Assembly (NCBI GenBank): GCA_965178125.1
Contig: OZ237736.1
Location: 1,364,001-1,428,000 of the forward strand
DNA length: 64,000 nt
Origin: Bilabrum cf. latius
Taxonomy: Eukaryota
Reading direction: 5' to 3'
Shown: one piece after another, positions 34,230 through 44,947 of the stretch
Layout: each line of letters begins with the position of its first letter
How positions within the stretch are numbered: position 1 is the first letter of the stretch
Program-made: the position numbers and the translations under genes
The notes under the pieces: model-generated
Seen by the model: the letters and a program-made list of their open reading frames with translations, nothing else
The model's database searches: none
Told to the model about the DNA's origin: nothing

Positions 34230-35121
34230 ATGATCACTGCGCTAGCTGCCGCAGCATCCTCTTTTTTGCTGCTTGAGGTGGCTCTTGCAGCGCCAAAGAG
34301 CCGCTTTGCGAAGGAGATTGACGTCCACAAGCTTGATAAGGTACGTCAACCCGGCTGTTGCAGATGCCAACAGAGTTCGCCGTCTTGGTCCAGTATTCCA
34401 TTGGAACGATCAACCTCGCGTTTTTCCTGCAGGAATGGGCCGAAGATGACGTTGAGAGCGACAACTGGCACGAGGATACCTACGAGTGGAGGCAAAAGGA
34501 CCAAAAGAAGAAGCAGAAGCCATTCGACCCGAAAAACCCGGACGCATTCTTGGCACAAGCCATGTCAGGCAGTGGTATGCAGATGCTATTTGTAACTCTG
34601 AAGGAAGAGTTCCATCAGCATAAAGACTAGACTGCAGAGCTTGCGGTAAAGTGGCAAAGTGAGGTGGTTTGTCCCTTCTTCCCCTTGTTTCAGGAGCTTG
34701 TTTGGCGCATGCTACCATTTTTCGATATATTGTGTTCGTCCTAAGTACTTTGACTCTCGCAGCTTTGCTCCAGACGGATGGTGTCGGAGTTAAGGTATAC
34801 CCACTTGGCGCAAACCAGGTAATCTTTACACAAGAGGATGGCCGCGTGATGCAGACGAAGGGATTCGTCCTGCAGCAGCCAGAGGTTCTCAAGTTCCGCT
34901 GGAAGGACACAGATTACTACCCCGAGGGGTCGGAGCACGACCCCAAGAACAAGGGCAAGGTCAAGAAGGGGAAGAAGAAAGGCAAGAAAGGCAAGAAGGG
35001 GAAGAAGAAGGGCAAGAAAGGCAAGAAGAGCAAGTCAGCCTCATCCTCGGACAAGTCCGCGGGTTCACGTCCCTCGGAGCGGCCCCCTACGCCCGTGCCA
35101 CCTGCCAAGGAGGACCTGTGA
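34230..35121 (+). CDS. MESD: MESD/Boca-like ER chaperone, 3 exons
   Basis: Signal peptide, EWAEDD, MLFVTL, *TAELAVKWQTLL, QVIF..DG..TKGFVLQQPEV, Lys-rich tail and C-terminal KEDL. Introns 34341-34432 and 34659-34762. TAG at 34628. Confidence 0.7.
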
Positions 35122-35259
35122 TATGGGTGGCACCATGCCCTGTGGGTCGAAGGATAGCGCAGCGCTGCAGCAGCCATGCGTTTGGACGATGGATTCCACG
35201 ATGACACTAGCATATCCACAGCGCACTCGACTGTTCAATTCCCTTTCTCGCGCGAAGGG

Positions 35260-35373
35260 GAGACCAGCCGCCCTTCAGTGGAGGCGCTCTCGAACGGTTC
35301 TAATCCTCCGGTCGAAGAGACCAGCCGCCCTTCAGTGGAGGCGCTCTCGAACGGTTCTAATCCTCCGGTCGAA
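35260..35373. repeat. Perfect 57-bp tandem duplication spanning the lipoate-ligase stop codon
   Basis: 35260-35316 is identical to 35317-35373. Confidence 0.95.
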
Positions 35374-36435
35374 CGGTTTCTTGGGCCTGTCTGCGACCGG
35401 TACGTCGAGCAGCCGCTCCGCCTCTTCAGCCGTCATTCCCGCCGCCTCCCAGGCATCCTCCTCACTGACGTGCTCCACGTCATCGAACCACATCCCGAGC
35501 CCGTCCACCACGGCGCTCGCCAGCTCCTCCGGCCCCGCCAGTCCACCCGACTCTCTTCGGGCCGTCGTGAGGAAGTCCTCGTGCGATCGGTCCCCACGGT
35601 ATGCCGGCCGCTTGGGCGGGAGCTTGAGGACGCGCATGAGAGCGGGGTCCATGTTCGTCAGGAAGCTCGTGTGGTGCACGAAGCGCCCCCTTGTGATGGT
35701 CTGCGCGTTGCCCCCCACCTTGCGGGGCCCGAAGCAGTAGTCGTGCTCGGACAGATGGAAGGGGCCGGACGGGCCTCGTGCCACATCGACGAATCCTCTC
35801 GAGGTAGCTCTGCGCCGCAGGGCGAGCAAATCGCTGTCCTCTCTCGGTTGGGTTTCACCTGCGGTCATAGGCTCTGCAGATCCGAACAAGGGCGCATATG
35901 CCCTACTGTACAGCTCCGATGTCCACGCCATGATCTCTCGTGGGTGTTTCGGCACGCCATCGCCGGAGTTGAGAATCAAGGATCCAAAAAAGGTGTCCTG
36001 ATCGGCCACAACCGTGCCGCCGCCCGTGAACCTTCGAAGCACATCTACCTCTGCACTGCGGATGACAGCGGGAGGTAGCAGCGATTCCGGGGGAAGGCAC
36101 TATTACTCAATAGGACAACAAAAGCGTGTGGTGGATGACGTCTGCACTAACCTGGCCGCCGCAGTCGAATCAATCAATTCGCTTGCCACGCCGGACATGC
36201 CTAGGACTACTGTTGGCCTCTACAAGCCAGAACCAACAACACACCTGTAAATATGAGGATAGTGAATAGGAAAATGCGGAATGAATCGGGACCAAGGAGC
36301 TTGGGCGGGGCATGCAAAAGGCCGGACATACCAATCATGCTGTGTCCTCCGAAGCAAAGCCTCCTCAAGAATTAAGCACTTGCCAATGCTGATGCGAGCA
36401 AGCTGCAGAGCAAACACTTTCCTGCTACCAATCAT
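35332..36435 (-). CDS. Lipoate-protein ligase A-like (BPL/LplA/LipB family), 3 exons
   Basis: LEEALLR..W|CVV..PTVVLGMSG, RRFTGGGTVV, DYCFGPRKVGGNAQ, HHTSFL and YRGDRSHEDFL. Introns 36245-36331 and 36056-36151. TAG at 36220. Confidence 0.9.
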
Positions 36436-36628
36436 GCGTTGATGGGCATACCGCTAGTCATCCTATTCGATGCCAAGGACAGTGAAATTGCAGTCATCAT
36501 GGAAGGTTCACCGATTTCGTTCAAGACGGCCCGCCGGTCAACAATCGGCGCATTTCACACGCCGTTCGGTGATCTTTGCGAAATCAAACTCCAAACGAGT
36601 AATTCCAGGCGAGTATTAATCGCAAGGA

Positions 36629-39600
36629 ATGGGATGCTGCTACAGCGCCGTTCAACCTGTCGGAAAAGGATGTCAAAGTGACGTAGACCGAAGCATGCTG
36701 CTCGACCGGCTAGGCAAGAGAGATGGACGAATTGGGGGAGACCTAGAGGACGACCGGATGAGCGGAAGATGAGAGGCGTGCGAAAGTAGATGGAGGAGAT
36801 ATGGTGCAGGACTGGGCTAAGAGCGATCCGAGGAACCGTTAGGTTGAGGGACGGAGAAAGGAAGCTTTGGAACAGGTAGAATGACGTCAACGAGGCACTG
36901 CAGACGAGATTGGTAAGGCGGATGGCGCCACGAGCAAGTCTGTATGGATGGTGAGAAGACGGAGTGGATGGGACCTGCAGATGGAAGTGGTGAATCTTTC
37001 ATCTGTATGGTTGCGGACGAAAGTCCACCGTCATGGTTATGCTGTCTTGTGCAGCACCCATTGTTCGGTTATGCTTGACCCTAAATCAGATTTCAGATTT
37101 CAGATTTTTTTTTTCGAGGATCCAGGAGCCTTAGCTGCACCACAACCCCACCACGGCGGGCAATAGGTGCTGCTAGGTCATCCTGAGTGAACTCGGGAGC
37201 CTCGACGAGTGCCACAGAGTTTGAGCTTTGGACGAGGGTCCATTGTGAGATCTCGAAGGTGATGATGATGAGTGAATGTAATGATACGACTTTTTCAGAT
37301 TTTTGTAGGCGCGTGGCGCTACTATGATCAGGGGTAAACCCTATGATCAGGTAAGTAATCATGACAAGGTAAGTCTGAACGTGATTGCGCCGGACGATCT
37401 CTTCTACTGCAGAACGCATGGGATCCAATTCCTGTATGGCGCGAGAGTGCTGATCGACGTGATCAACTACGGTTGGGAGTACGACTTCCAGAAGGACGAA
37501 TGGAAGTCAGGGGCCAAACTCCCAAAAGTCAAGCGGGTTAGCCTGGAGCCGTTCATACGCAAGCTCCGAGACATTTGCTGGTACAACCCCGTCGCGGAGG
37601 CACGGGACGAACTAGCCAACATGTTCGAGTTCATCGGCGATGCAGTCGCGGAGGTCCGAAAGACTGGCATGTACGTATCCATGGCTCAAGTGGAACTGAA
37701 TGACTACCAGAACGCGATCGCATTCTGCTCATTCAAGTGGACAGAGATGGGCAAACTTGAGACTACCGAAGGAGAGAAGTGGCGCCAAGCCATCCTGGAG
37801 CCCGAAAAGTTTGACGTACCTCAGCCACGCAGGAAGAAACGGGCCAAGAAGAAGAAGAAGAAGAAGAAGGACAAGGCTACAGAACCAGAGCCAGAGACCC
37901 AAGCAGCAGCAAGTGTATCGACACCAACGGCTATCAACACGTTCACCCGCGAGGAGGATCCCGACCAATCGCGGTCTTCGCACACTAGCCCTCCAGCGAG
38001 CCAGGTGAAACTGGAGGAGTGCACAACCACCACAGATCTAGGCCACGCCGAGATCGACAATATCAAGGCCCGGAGAGGGGCCAGTGGCAGCTGGGCTGCT
38101 GCTGATGGAGAGCCACTGGAAGCTGATGCGGATGGGTACATCAAGGGGACGGAGTGCGCTGCCTGGGGCAGGCCTCCAGGAGAGGAAGGAACGGAGGGCG
38201 CTGCCTGGGGCAGGCCTCCAGGAGAGGAAGGGACGGAGGGCGCTGCCTGGGGCAGGCCTCCAGGAGAGGAAGGGACGGAGGGCGCTGCCTGGGGCAGGCC
38301 TCCAGGAGAGGAAGGGACGGAGGGCGCTGCCTGGGGCAGGCCTCCAGGAGAGGAAGGGACGGAGTGCGCTGCCTGGGGCAGGCCTCCAGGAGAGGAAGGG
38401 ACGGAGTGCGCTGCCTGGGGCAGGCCTCCAGGAGAAGAAGGGACGGAGGGCGCTGCCTGGGGCAGGCCTCCAGGAGAGGAAGGGACGGAGGGCGCTGTGT
38501 GGGGTTGGCCTCCAGGAGAGGAAGGGACGGAGTGCGCTGCCTGGGGCAGGCCTCCAGGAGAGGAAGGGACGGAGGGCGCTGCCTGGGGCAGGCCTCCAGG
38601 AGAGGAAGGGACGGAGTGCGCTGCCTGGGGCAGGCCTCCAGGAGAGGAAGGGACGGAGGGCGCTGCCTGGGGCAGGCCTCCAGGAGAGGAAGGGACGGAG
38701 GGCGCTGCCTGGGGCAGGCCTCCAGGAGAGGAAGGGACGGAGGGCGCTGCCTGGGGCAGGCCTCCAGGAGAGGAAGGGACGGAGGGCGCTGCCTGGGGCA
38801 GACCTCCAGGAGGCGGGTCAGACCAGAAGAACGGGGAAGGGGCAGGAAGGTCAGGGCGTCCTCCACCCCCATGGCCCGATGGAGACGGGAATGGGGACAT
38901 GAGTGCAATGGGCTGGTGGAGTCCGGCACTCAATGGTCATCGCGACACCTCCTGCGCAGCAGATGGTGCCCATGACTCGGCTAAACTATTAACTTCTACC
39001 AGCCGAGTTCATGGAGCTGTCGTCTTGCCTGTGGTGGAGAACGCGCGAGGCCTCCGGTGGATTTTGAACTGGCAACAGTTTCCACAGAGCCGGAATCGGA
39101 AAGGAGCTGGCATGCCGGTGGTCGGGAAGCCCTCCTATGGGTATCGAGCCCGAGGCTCCAGGAGTTTCAGTTGCGCCACAACCCCACCACGGCGGGGTAT
39201 AGGCGTTTCTGGATCATCCTGAGTGAGCTCGGAAGTCTCGATAAGTGCCACAGAGAATTAGTTTTGGGCGAGGGTCCAAGGCGAGGTCTCGAAGGTGATG
39301 ATGACGATTGATTATGAAGATACGACTTTTCACAGATTTCAGGCATCAATGAAGCCCGTAACCAGCTGGTGGATGATGTTGCTGGCCAAGAATACGCAAA
39401 CATACGAGATTTCGACGACATCACGGTTGATTCTATCTTCGAGCACCCGCTTCTCCGGCAACTATTTATGATTTTCGTGTCGAGCCGACTGGCGGAAGAG
39501 AATGGACGCTTCCTGCTCGACATGCGGGAGCTGAACAAGAACAGCATCGCCATGAGCGAGGTCATATTGCGCACGGCAATCGATTTTATGTAAGGCGATC

Positions 39601-41756
39601 GCTTTGATCCACCTGTGGGGTTGTGGACTGCAGAACAGCTGCGGTCAACTTCGCTTCACTACCCGTGGATTTCTCATTCGTCTCCCCGCAGAGTCGATGA
39701 ATACATCCGGCGTTCGTCTCCGATGTGCATCAACCTTCCTGATACCATTCGGCGAAACGTAGAGCGTAAAGCAGACGACAGAGACACCACCGAAGGAGCA
39801 GAAATACTGCTAGCACTGGGGTCAGCCGATTCGGAGATTCGCAGGCTGGTTCGGTCCAACTTCCTCAGCGAGTTCAAGCGATGGCTAAAGGGCGAAGGCG
39901 CTGTTGAAGGATTCTAGGCCGCGGCGCCGCTGCGAGCCCTGGATGGCCGCAAACGAGTCGTGATCATCGGCGGGGGCTTCTGCGGGGCCTTTGCAGCTCG
40001 AGAGCTTGATCAGCATCCGGGGCTGCACGTGACCATGGTAGATACCAAGAGTTTCATGGAGTACACACCATCGGTGCTGAAGGTGTTTTGTCGTCCAGAC
40101 TACCACGAGAAGATCATCGTGCCTCACGGGGCCGTGGTGAAAAGAGGCGACGTTGTAGTGGGCGCCGTGCGAGCCATCCGGGACCGCGAGATAGTGGTGA
40201 ATCAGGCGTCTATCCCATTCGACTTTGCAGTGGTGGCCACTGGTACTCACTACCCTTAGCACTTCAAGAGCGTTGCCATCAGCTCGAAGTTCCGTGGCAA
40301 GCAGGTGGCACAGCAGCGCAAGGTGATGGACCAGGCCAAGAGCATCTGCATTGTGGGCGGCGGCTTTGTCGGGTGCACGTTGGCCAGCGAGATCAAGGAG
40401 ACGATGCCCGATACGGAGGTGTCTCTCGTGCACTCCCGCGCCCGGCTCATGCAGCGCCTCGTGCACTCGGGGGCGGGGGACCCGCACGAGCTGGCCGTGG
40501 CGCGGTTGCGGGAGCTGGGGGTGCAACTGTTCATGGAATAGCGAGCCACGAGCTGGGACCGGAGGGCCAGGCAGGTCATCACCACGGGCGGGGCAAGAGT
40601 GGACGCGGACCACGTGTTCTGGTGCGGAGGTCCTGAGCCCATGACCAAGTTCATGGTCCCGCACTTGCCGCAGACTCTGGACAGCCGGGGGTACATCCAG
40701 GTGGACGCTCACCAGCAGGTGGTGGGTGCCTCAGGTGTGTTTGCCGGAGGCGACTGCATGGTGTATCGGCTGGGGGACAACGACAGGGAGGCGAGGCAGC
40801 GGTTGCGTACCTTGGGAGCAGTGGATGCTATCCAGCTGCACCACGACTTTGTGGCATCTCTGGACAAGCCCGGGGGAGAGGTGGACGGGGGCGGGGAGCA
40901 AGGCGGGGAGGACGTGGCATTGTCGGGCATGAATGGGACAGGGGCTAGGCACGACAAATTGACGACAGGGCTAGCGCACAAGCACGCCGGCGCAGGAAGC
41001 GGCCTTGGCGTGGTTAGCAAGGGAAGCGAGGGTGGTGGTCTTCAAGGTGGCGATTACAGTCGCGAGACCGAGGGAGGAAGCAGTCCCACGGCATCCAACT
41101 GTCGAGGGCGAGCATATCTGGTCGAAGTGACCCGCAAGGATACGATGTCAGGGTCATTGTCACAGCATGGGCGAAGTGACAAGCGAGGCACCGGCATGGC
41201 ATGGGGGGATCGCGCCACAATCGGGTCTCTGTCACAGCATGGGCGAAGTGACAAGCGAGGCACAACCACATCTGAATGGAGGGATCGTGACACCACAGAG
41301 CCAGTTGGGAGCACTTAGGTCGCCACTGTGAAACCATAGGTAGTTTTAACTGGTGATCCAACAGTTGGGAGCACTTAGGTCGCCAATGTGAAACCATAGG
41401 TAGTTTCAACTGGTGATCCAAGGTAGCCCCAGTCCCAGACGCAGTCCTCGGTGGCCCTGCCCAGCGACACGGGCTGCGTGCACGAGGAGAAGATGGCCAA
41501 GAACGCCATCCAGCACGGCATCATCATCGCAGAGAACATCAAGAGGCAGCTGGAGGGGACCAGCCTGAGGGCGCGCAAGCCCGAGGTGGGCATCAACCTC
41601 ATGATCATAGCCATGGGACTCAAGAAAGGTATCATGGTGCAGAACGGGGTGGCCCAGGCGGGGGACTTTGTGGCCAAGAAGGACTGGATCGAGCAGACGG
41701 TGATTGGTGAGCTTGTGGAGGGAAAGCACATCCAGCACATTGTGGGGGCGTTCTGA
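36629..41756 (+). CDS. RGS domain + AIFM2/FSP1-like FAD/NAD(P)H oxidoreductase fusion, copy 1; exons 36629-36713, 39343-39589 and 39692-41756
   Basis: N-terminus MGCCYS..DRSMLLDRL|GINEARNQLVDD is homologous to copy 2. RGS motifs LFMIFV..LAEENGRF, YIRRSSPMCINL and EIRRLVRSNFLSEF; Rossmann motifs VIIGGGFCG, IVGGGFVG and VFAGGD. TAG at 39915, 40257, 40539 and five more in 41316-41426. Ends at TGA. Confidence 0.8.
37115..37308 (+). repeat. Diverged direct repeat of about 190 bp, copy 1 (copy 2 at about 39151-39342)
   Basis: Shared collinear blocks CCACAACCCCACCACGGCGGG, TCATCCTGAGTGA, AGTGCCACAGAG, CGAGGGTCCA, TCTCGAAGGTGATGATGA and GATACGACTTTT..CAGATTT. Confidence 0.85.
37324..39222 (+). CDS. 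Hypothetical ORF inside the insertion: globular-looking N-terminal part, poly-Lys stretch, 16x WG-containing repeats
   Basis: 632-codon ORF with RRKKRAKKKKKKK and GTE[G/C]AAWGRPPGEE repeats. No recognisable family; start and splicing uncertain. Confidence 0.45.
   Translation: MIRGKPYDQVSNHDKVSLNVIAPDDLFYCRTHGIQFLYGARVLIDVINYGWEYDFQKDEWKSGAKLPKVKRVSLEPFIRKLRDICWYNPVAEARDELANMFEFIGDAVAEVRKTGMYVSMAQVELNDYQNAIAFCSFKWTEMGKLETTEGEKWRQAILEPEKFDVPQPRRKKRAKKKKKKKKDKATEPEPETQAAASVSTPTAINTFTREEDPDQSRSSHTSPPASQVKLEECTTTTDLGHAEIDNIKARRGASGSWAAADGEPLEADADGYIKGTECAAWGRPPGEEGTEGAAWGRPPGEEGTEGAAWGRPPGEEGTEGAAWGRPPGEEGTEGAAWGRPPGEEGTECAAWGRPPGEEGTECAAWGRPPGEEGTEGAAWGRPPGEEGTEGAVWGWPPGEEGTECAAWGRPPGEEGTEGAAWGRPPGEEGTECAAWGRPPGEEGTEGAAWGRPPGEEGTEGAAWGRPPGEEGTEGAAWGRPPGEEGTEGAAWGRPPGGGSDQKNGEGAGRSGRPPPPWPDGDGNGDMSAMGWWSPALNGHRDTSCAADGAHDSAKLLTSTSRVHGAVVLPVVENARGLRWILNWQQFPQSRNRKGAGMPVVGKPSYGYRARGSRSFSCATTPPRRGIGVSGSS
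38146..38812 (+). repeat. 42-bp minisatellite, about 16 copies
   Basis: Tandem array of GGGACGGAG[G/T]GCGCTGCCTGGGGCAGGCCTCCAGGAGAGGAA. Confidence 0.95.
39151..39342 (+). repeat. Diverged direct repeat of about 190 bp, copy 2, forming the 3' end of the insertion
   Basis: Collinear with 37115-37308. Both copies end in a pyrimidine tract followed by AG|GC. Confidence 0.85.
41302..41421 (+). repeat. 60-bp tandem duplication within the coding linker of RGS-oxidoreductase copy 1
   Basis: CAGTTGGGAGCACTTAGGTCGCCA[C/A]TGTGAAACCATAGGTAGTTT[T/C]AACTGGTGATCCAA x2. Each unit has two in-frame TAGs. Confidence 0.9.
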
Positions 41757-42233
41757 TCACCAAGCCTCCATCCGACGTGGAAGCGCAGCAACGCTGGCTT
41801 CTGGCCCGGAACTTATGTGCTCTATCATGGTGCAGCAGCATGATGGCGGCCTTAAGCAGAATAGTCGATTGGATGGCTATATGACGAGTCGGGTGCCAGC
41901 ACTGCCCAGCGGGGTATTTGCTGTCAACGTTCAAGTCCATGAGTCGAATGCGACCCGAAAAGCAGCGCAGGGCTAGCAGCCTTAGTTTGAGTTCGAAAAT
42001 TATTGCAAGATTGTCCCCCCGCCGATTTTTTTTTCCTTCCAGTCGTCTCGACTCTCGGGTTGGGCCCTTCAACGAATATTCGTGCTCGCCCAGTTCCCCA
42101 GGGGGATCTCGCCGAACACACGAAGGCCTACCCGGCTGCTGCTGCGTCACCCAAACACAACCACCCCACCTGTGTGCGTCAAATTGTGAGATTGATCCGC
42201 ATACTTCTTTATTGTATCTGCAACACTAACAGG

Positions 42234-44581
42234 ATGGGTTGCTGCAGCAGCTCTTCGGTCCGACCCGTGGGACAAGGACGTGAAAGTAGCGATGTTGAAC
42301 GAAGCATGCTGCTCGACCAGCTAGGCATTAGCCAAGCCCACAATCAGCTCGTCGATGACATAGCGGGCTATGAAAATGTTACGGTGTCAGCTGTCGACGA
42401 CATCACGGTTGATTCTATCTTCGAGCACCCACTTCTCCGGCAACTATTTATGATTTTCGTGTCGAGCCGACTGGCGGAAGAGAATGGACGCTTCCTGCTC
42501 GACATGCGGGAGCTGAACAAGAACAGCATCGCCATGAGCGAAGACCACGTACGCACGGCAATCGATTTTATGTGAGTACGGTGTGGCTTGCATCTTGTGG
42601 TATCAGAGGACGCTTTGACGTGCATGTTCCAAGTTGCTCAACTTCGCTACACATCTCGTGGATTTCTCATTCGTCTCCCCGCAGAGTCGATGAATACATC
42701 CGGCGTTCGTCTCCGATGTGCATCAACCTTCCTGATACCATTCGGCGAAACGTAGAGCGTAAAGCAGACGACAGAGACACCACCGAAGGAGCAGAGGCGC
42801 TGCAGTCTCTTGGCACAGCCGATTCTGAGATTCGCAGGCTGGTTCGGTCCAACTTCCTCAGCGAGTTCAAGCGATGGCTAAAGGGCGAAGGCGCTGTTGA
42901 AGGATTCTAGGCCGCGGCGCCGCTGCGAGCCCTGGATGGCCGCAAACGAGTCGTGATCATCGGCGGGGGCTTCTGCGGGGCCTTTGCAGCTCGAGAGCTT
43001 GATCAGCATCCGGGGCTGCACGTGACCATGGTAGATACCAAGAGTTTCATGGAGTACACACCATCGGTGTTGAAGGTGTTTTGTCGTCCGGACTACCACG
43101 AGAAGATCATCGTGCCTCACGGGGCCGTGGTGAAGCGAGGCGACGTTGTAGTGGGCGCCGTGCGAGCCATCCGGGACCGCGAGATAGTGGTGAATCAGGC
43201 GTCTATCCCATTCGACTTTGCAGTGGTGGCCACTGGTACTCACTACCCGTCTAGCATCAAGAGCGTTGCCATCAGCTCGAAGTTCCGTGGCAAGCAGGTG
43301 GCACAGCAGCGCAAGGTGATGGACCAGGCCAAGAGCATCTGCATCGTGGGCGGCGGCTTCGTTGGATGCGAACTGGCCAGCGAGATCAAGGAGACGATGC
43401 CCGATACGGAGGTGTCTCTCGTGCACTCCCGCGCCCGGCTCATGCAGCGCCTCGTGCACTCGGGGGCGGGGGACCCGCACGAGCTGGCCATGGCGCGGTT
43501 GCGGGAGCTGGGGGTGCGCCTGTTCATGGAGTAGCGAGCCACGAGCTGGGACCGGAGGGCCAGGCAGGTCATCACCACGGGCGGGGCAAGAGTGGACGCG
43601 GACCACGTGTTCTGGTGCGGAGGTCCTGAGCCCATGACCAAGTTCATGGTCCCGCACTTGCCGCAGACTCTGGACAGCCGGGGGTACATCCAGGTGGACG
43701 CTCACCAGCAGGTGGTGGGTGCCCCAGGTGTGTTTGCCGGAGGCGACTGCATGGTGTATCGGCTGGGGGACAACGACAGGGAGGCGAGGCAGCGGTTGCG
43801 TACCTTGGGAGCAGTGGATGCTATCCAGCTGCACCACGACTTTGTGGCATCTCTGGACAAGCCCGGGGGGGAGGCGGACGGGGGCGGGGAGCAAGGCGGG
43901 GAGGACGCCGACGACAAGAAAGGAGATGCCGACGACCCCGCAAGCACCCCTGCCGCAGGAGCAGCCGTGGACATATACGAGGGCAAGGAGCCCACGAGCG
44001 GTGGCATCGGGAGCACGGGGGGTAGCTCTTCGGAAGGCACCGAGGACCACTCCAGTGCCGCTGTAGCGGACAGCAGAGGCAGCAGGTACCAGGCTGGCAG
44101 CAACACGAAGTCCGTTCCTTCGGGCACACTCTCCCAGCAGGGGGCGCCGGAGGGACCAGGCGACCCCAGCACTGCCTAGGGCAATGGGGACGCCTCGTAG
44201 GCGGGTAGCGGCGGCGTCGGTGACACAGGGGCTCAGACGGACAAGGGGGGCAAGAAAGCCGCCTCTCGCAGGTCCCAGTCGCAGTCCTCGGTGGCCCTGC
44301 CCAGCGACACGGGCTGCGTGCACGAGGAGAAGATGGCCAAGAACGCCGTCGAGCACGGCATCATCATCGCAGAGAACATCAAGAGGCAGCTGGAGGGGAC
44401 CAGCCTGAGGGCGCGCAAGCCCGAGGTGGGCATCAATCTCATGATCATCTCCATGGGACTCAAGAAAGGCATCATGGTGCAGAACGGGGTGGCCCAGGCG
44501 GGGGACTTTGTGGCCAAGAAGGACTGGATCGAGCAGACGGTGATCGCGGAGCTCGCGGAGGGAAAGCACATCCTGCACTGA
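42234..44581 (+). CDS. RGS domain + AIFM2/FSP1-like oxidoreductase fusion, copy 2; exons 42234-42571 and 42685-44581
   Basis: MGCCSSS start and the same RGS and Rossmann motifs as copy 1. TAG at 42908, 43532, 44177 and about 44198. Ends at TGA. Confidence 0.85.
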
Positions 44582-44947
44582 GGCAGTGGCAAGACACCCG
44601 ACTGTCTGCATCGCGATGGGCCTCGCCAGAGGCTACATGCCCTGACGCGTCAGCCGATGCCACACAGAGTTGGAGTTGACATGTGATGGGCTGCTCGAGC
44701 CACCGGGTGCAGGCTGCTAGCCTGCCACACCACGCCACGGTAGACCACCCCAATGCATTTACTGCAACTGCCTGTAGCAAAGCAAACCATATTGTTTAAG
44801 TCAGTCATTTGCAGCACTTCTTGTAGAATCTGGGATGTACCGTGCAACATCTGAGCACGCGTGGTACATCCAATTTTTGGGATTGATCGCGGTGGATCCA
44901 GGCCGCTTGCGCGGACCTGGTAAAGCCAATAACACGCAAGCCAGGCA

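Larger units (their letters stand above)
36714..39342 (+). mobile_element. 2629-bp insertion with GC...AG ends, flanked by an AGGCA duplication; putative intron-forming element
   Basis: Absent from paralog copy 2, whose empty site is CTAGGCATT. Left junction CTAG|GCAAGAG; right junction TTTCAG|GCATC. Removal restores L-G-I in frame. Contains an ORF, a minisatellite and diverged direct repeats. Confidence 0.6.

Noticed and set aside
38146-38812. CRISPR-like appearance of the 42-bp and 24-bp arrays
   Set aside because: Head-to-tail repeats without unique spacers, no cas genes, and a eukaryotic context.
37115-39342. LTR retrotransposon
   Set aside because: No gag, RT or integrase motifs, no TG...CA ends, and the first repeat is not at the insertion boundary.
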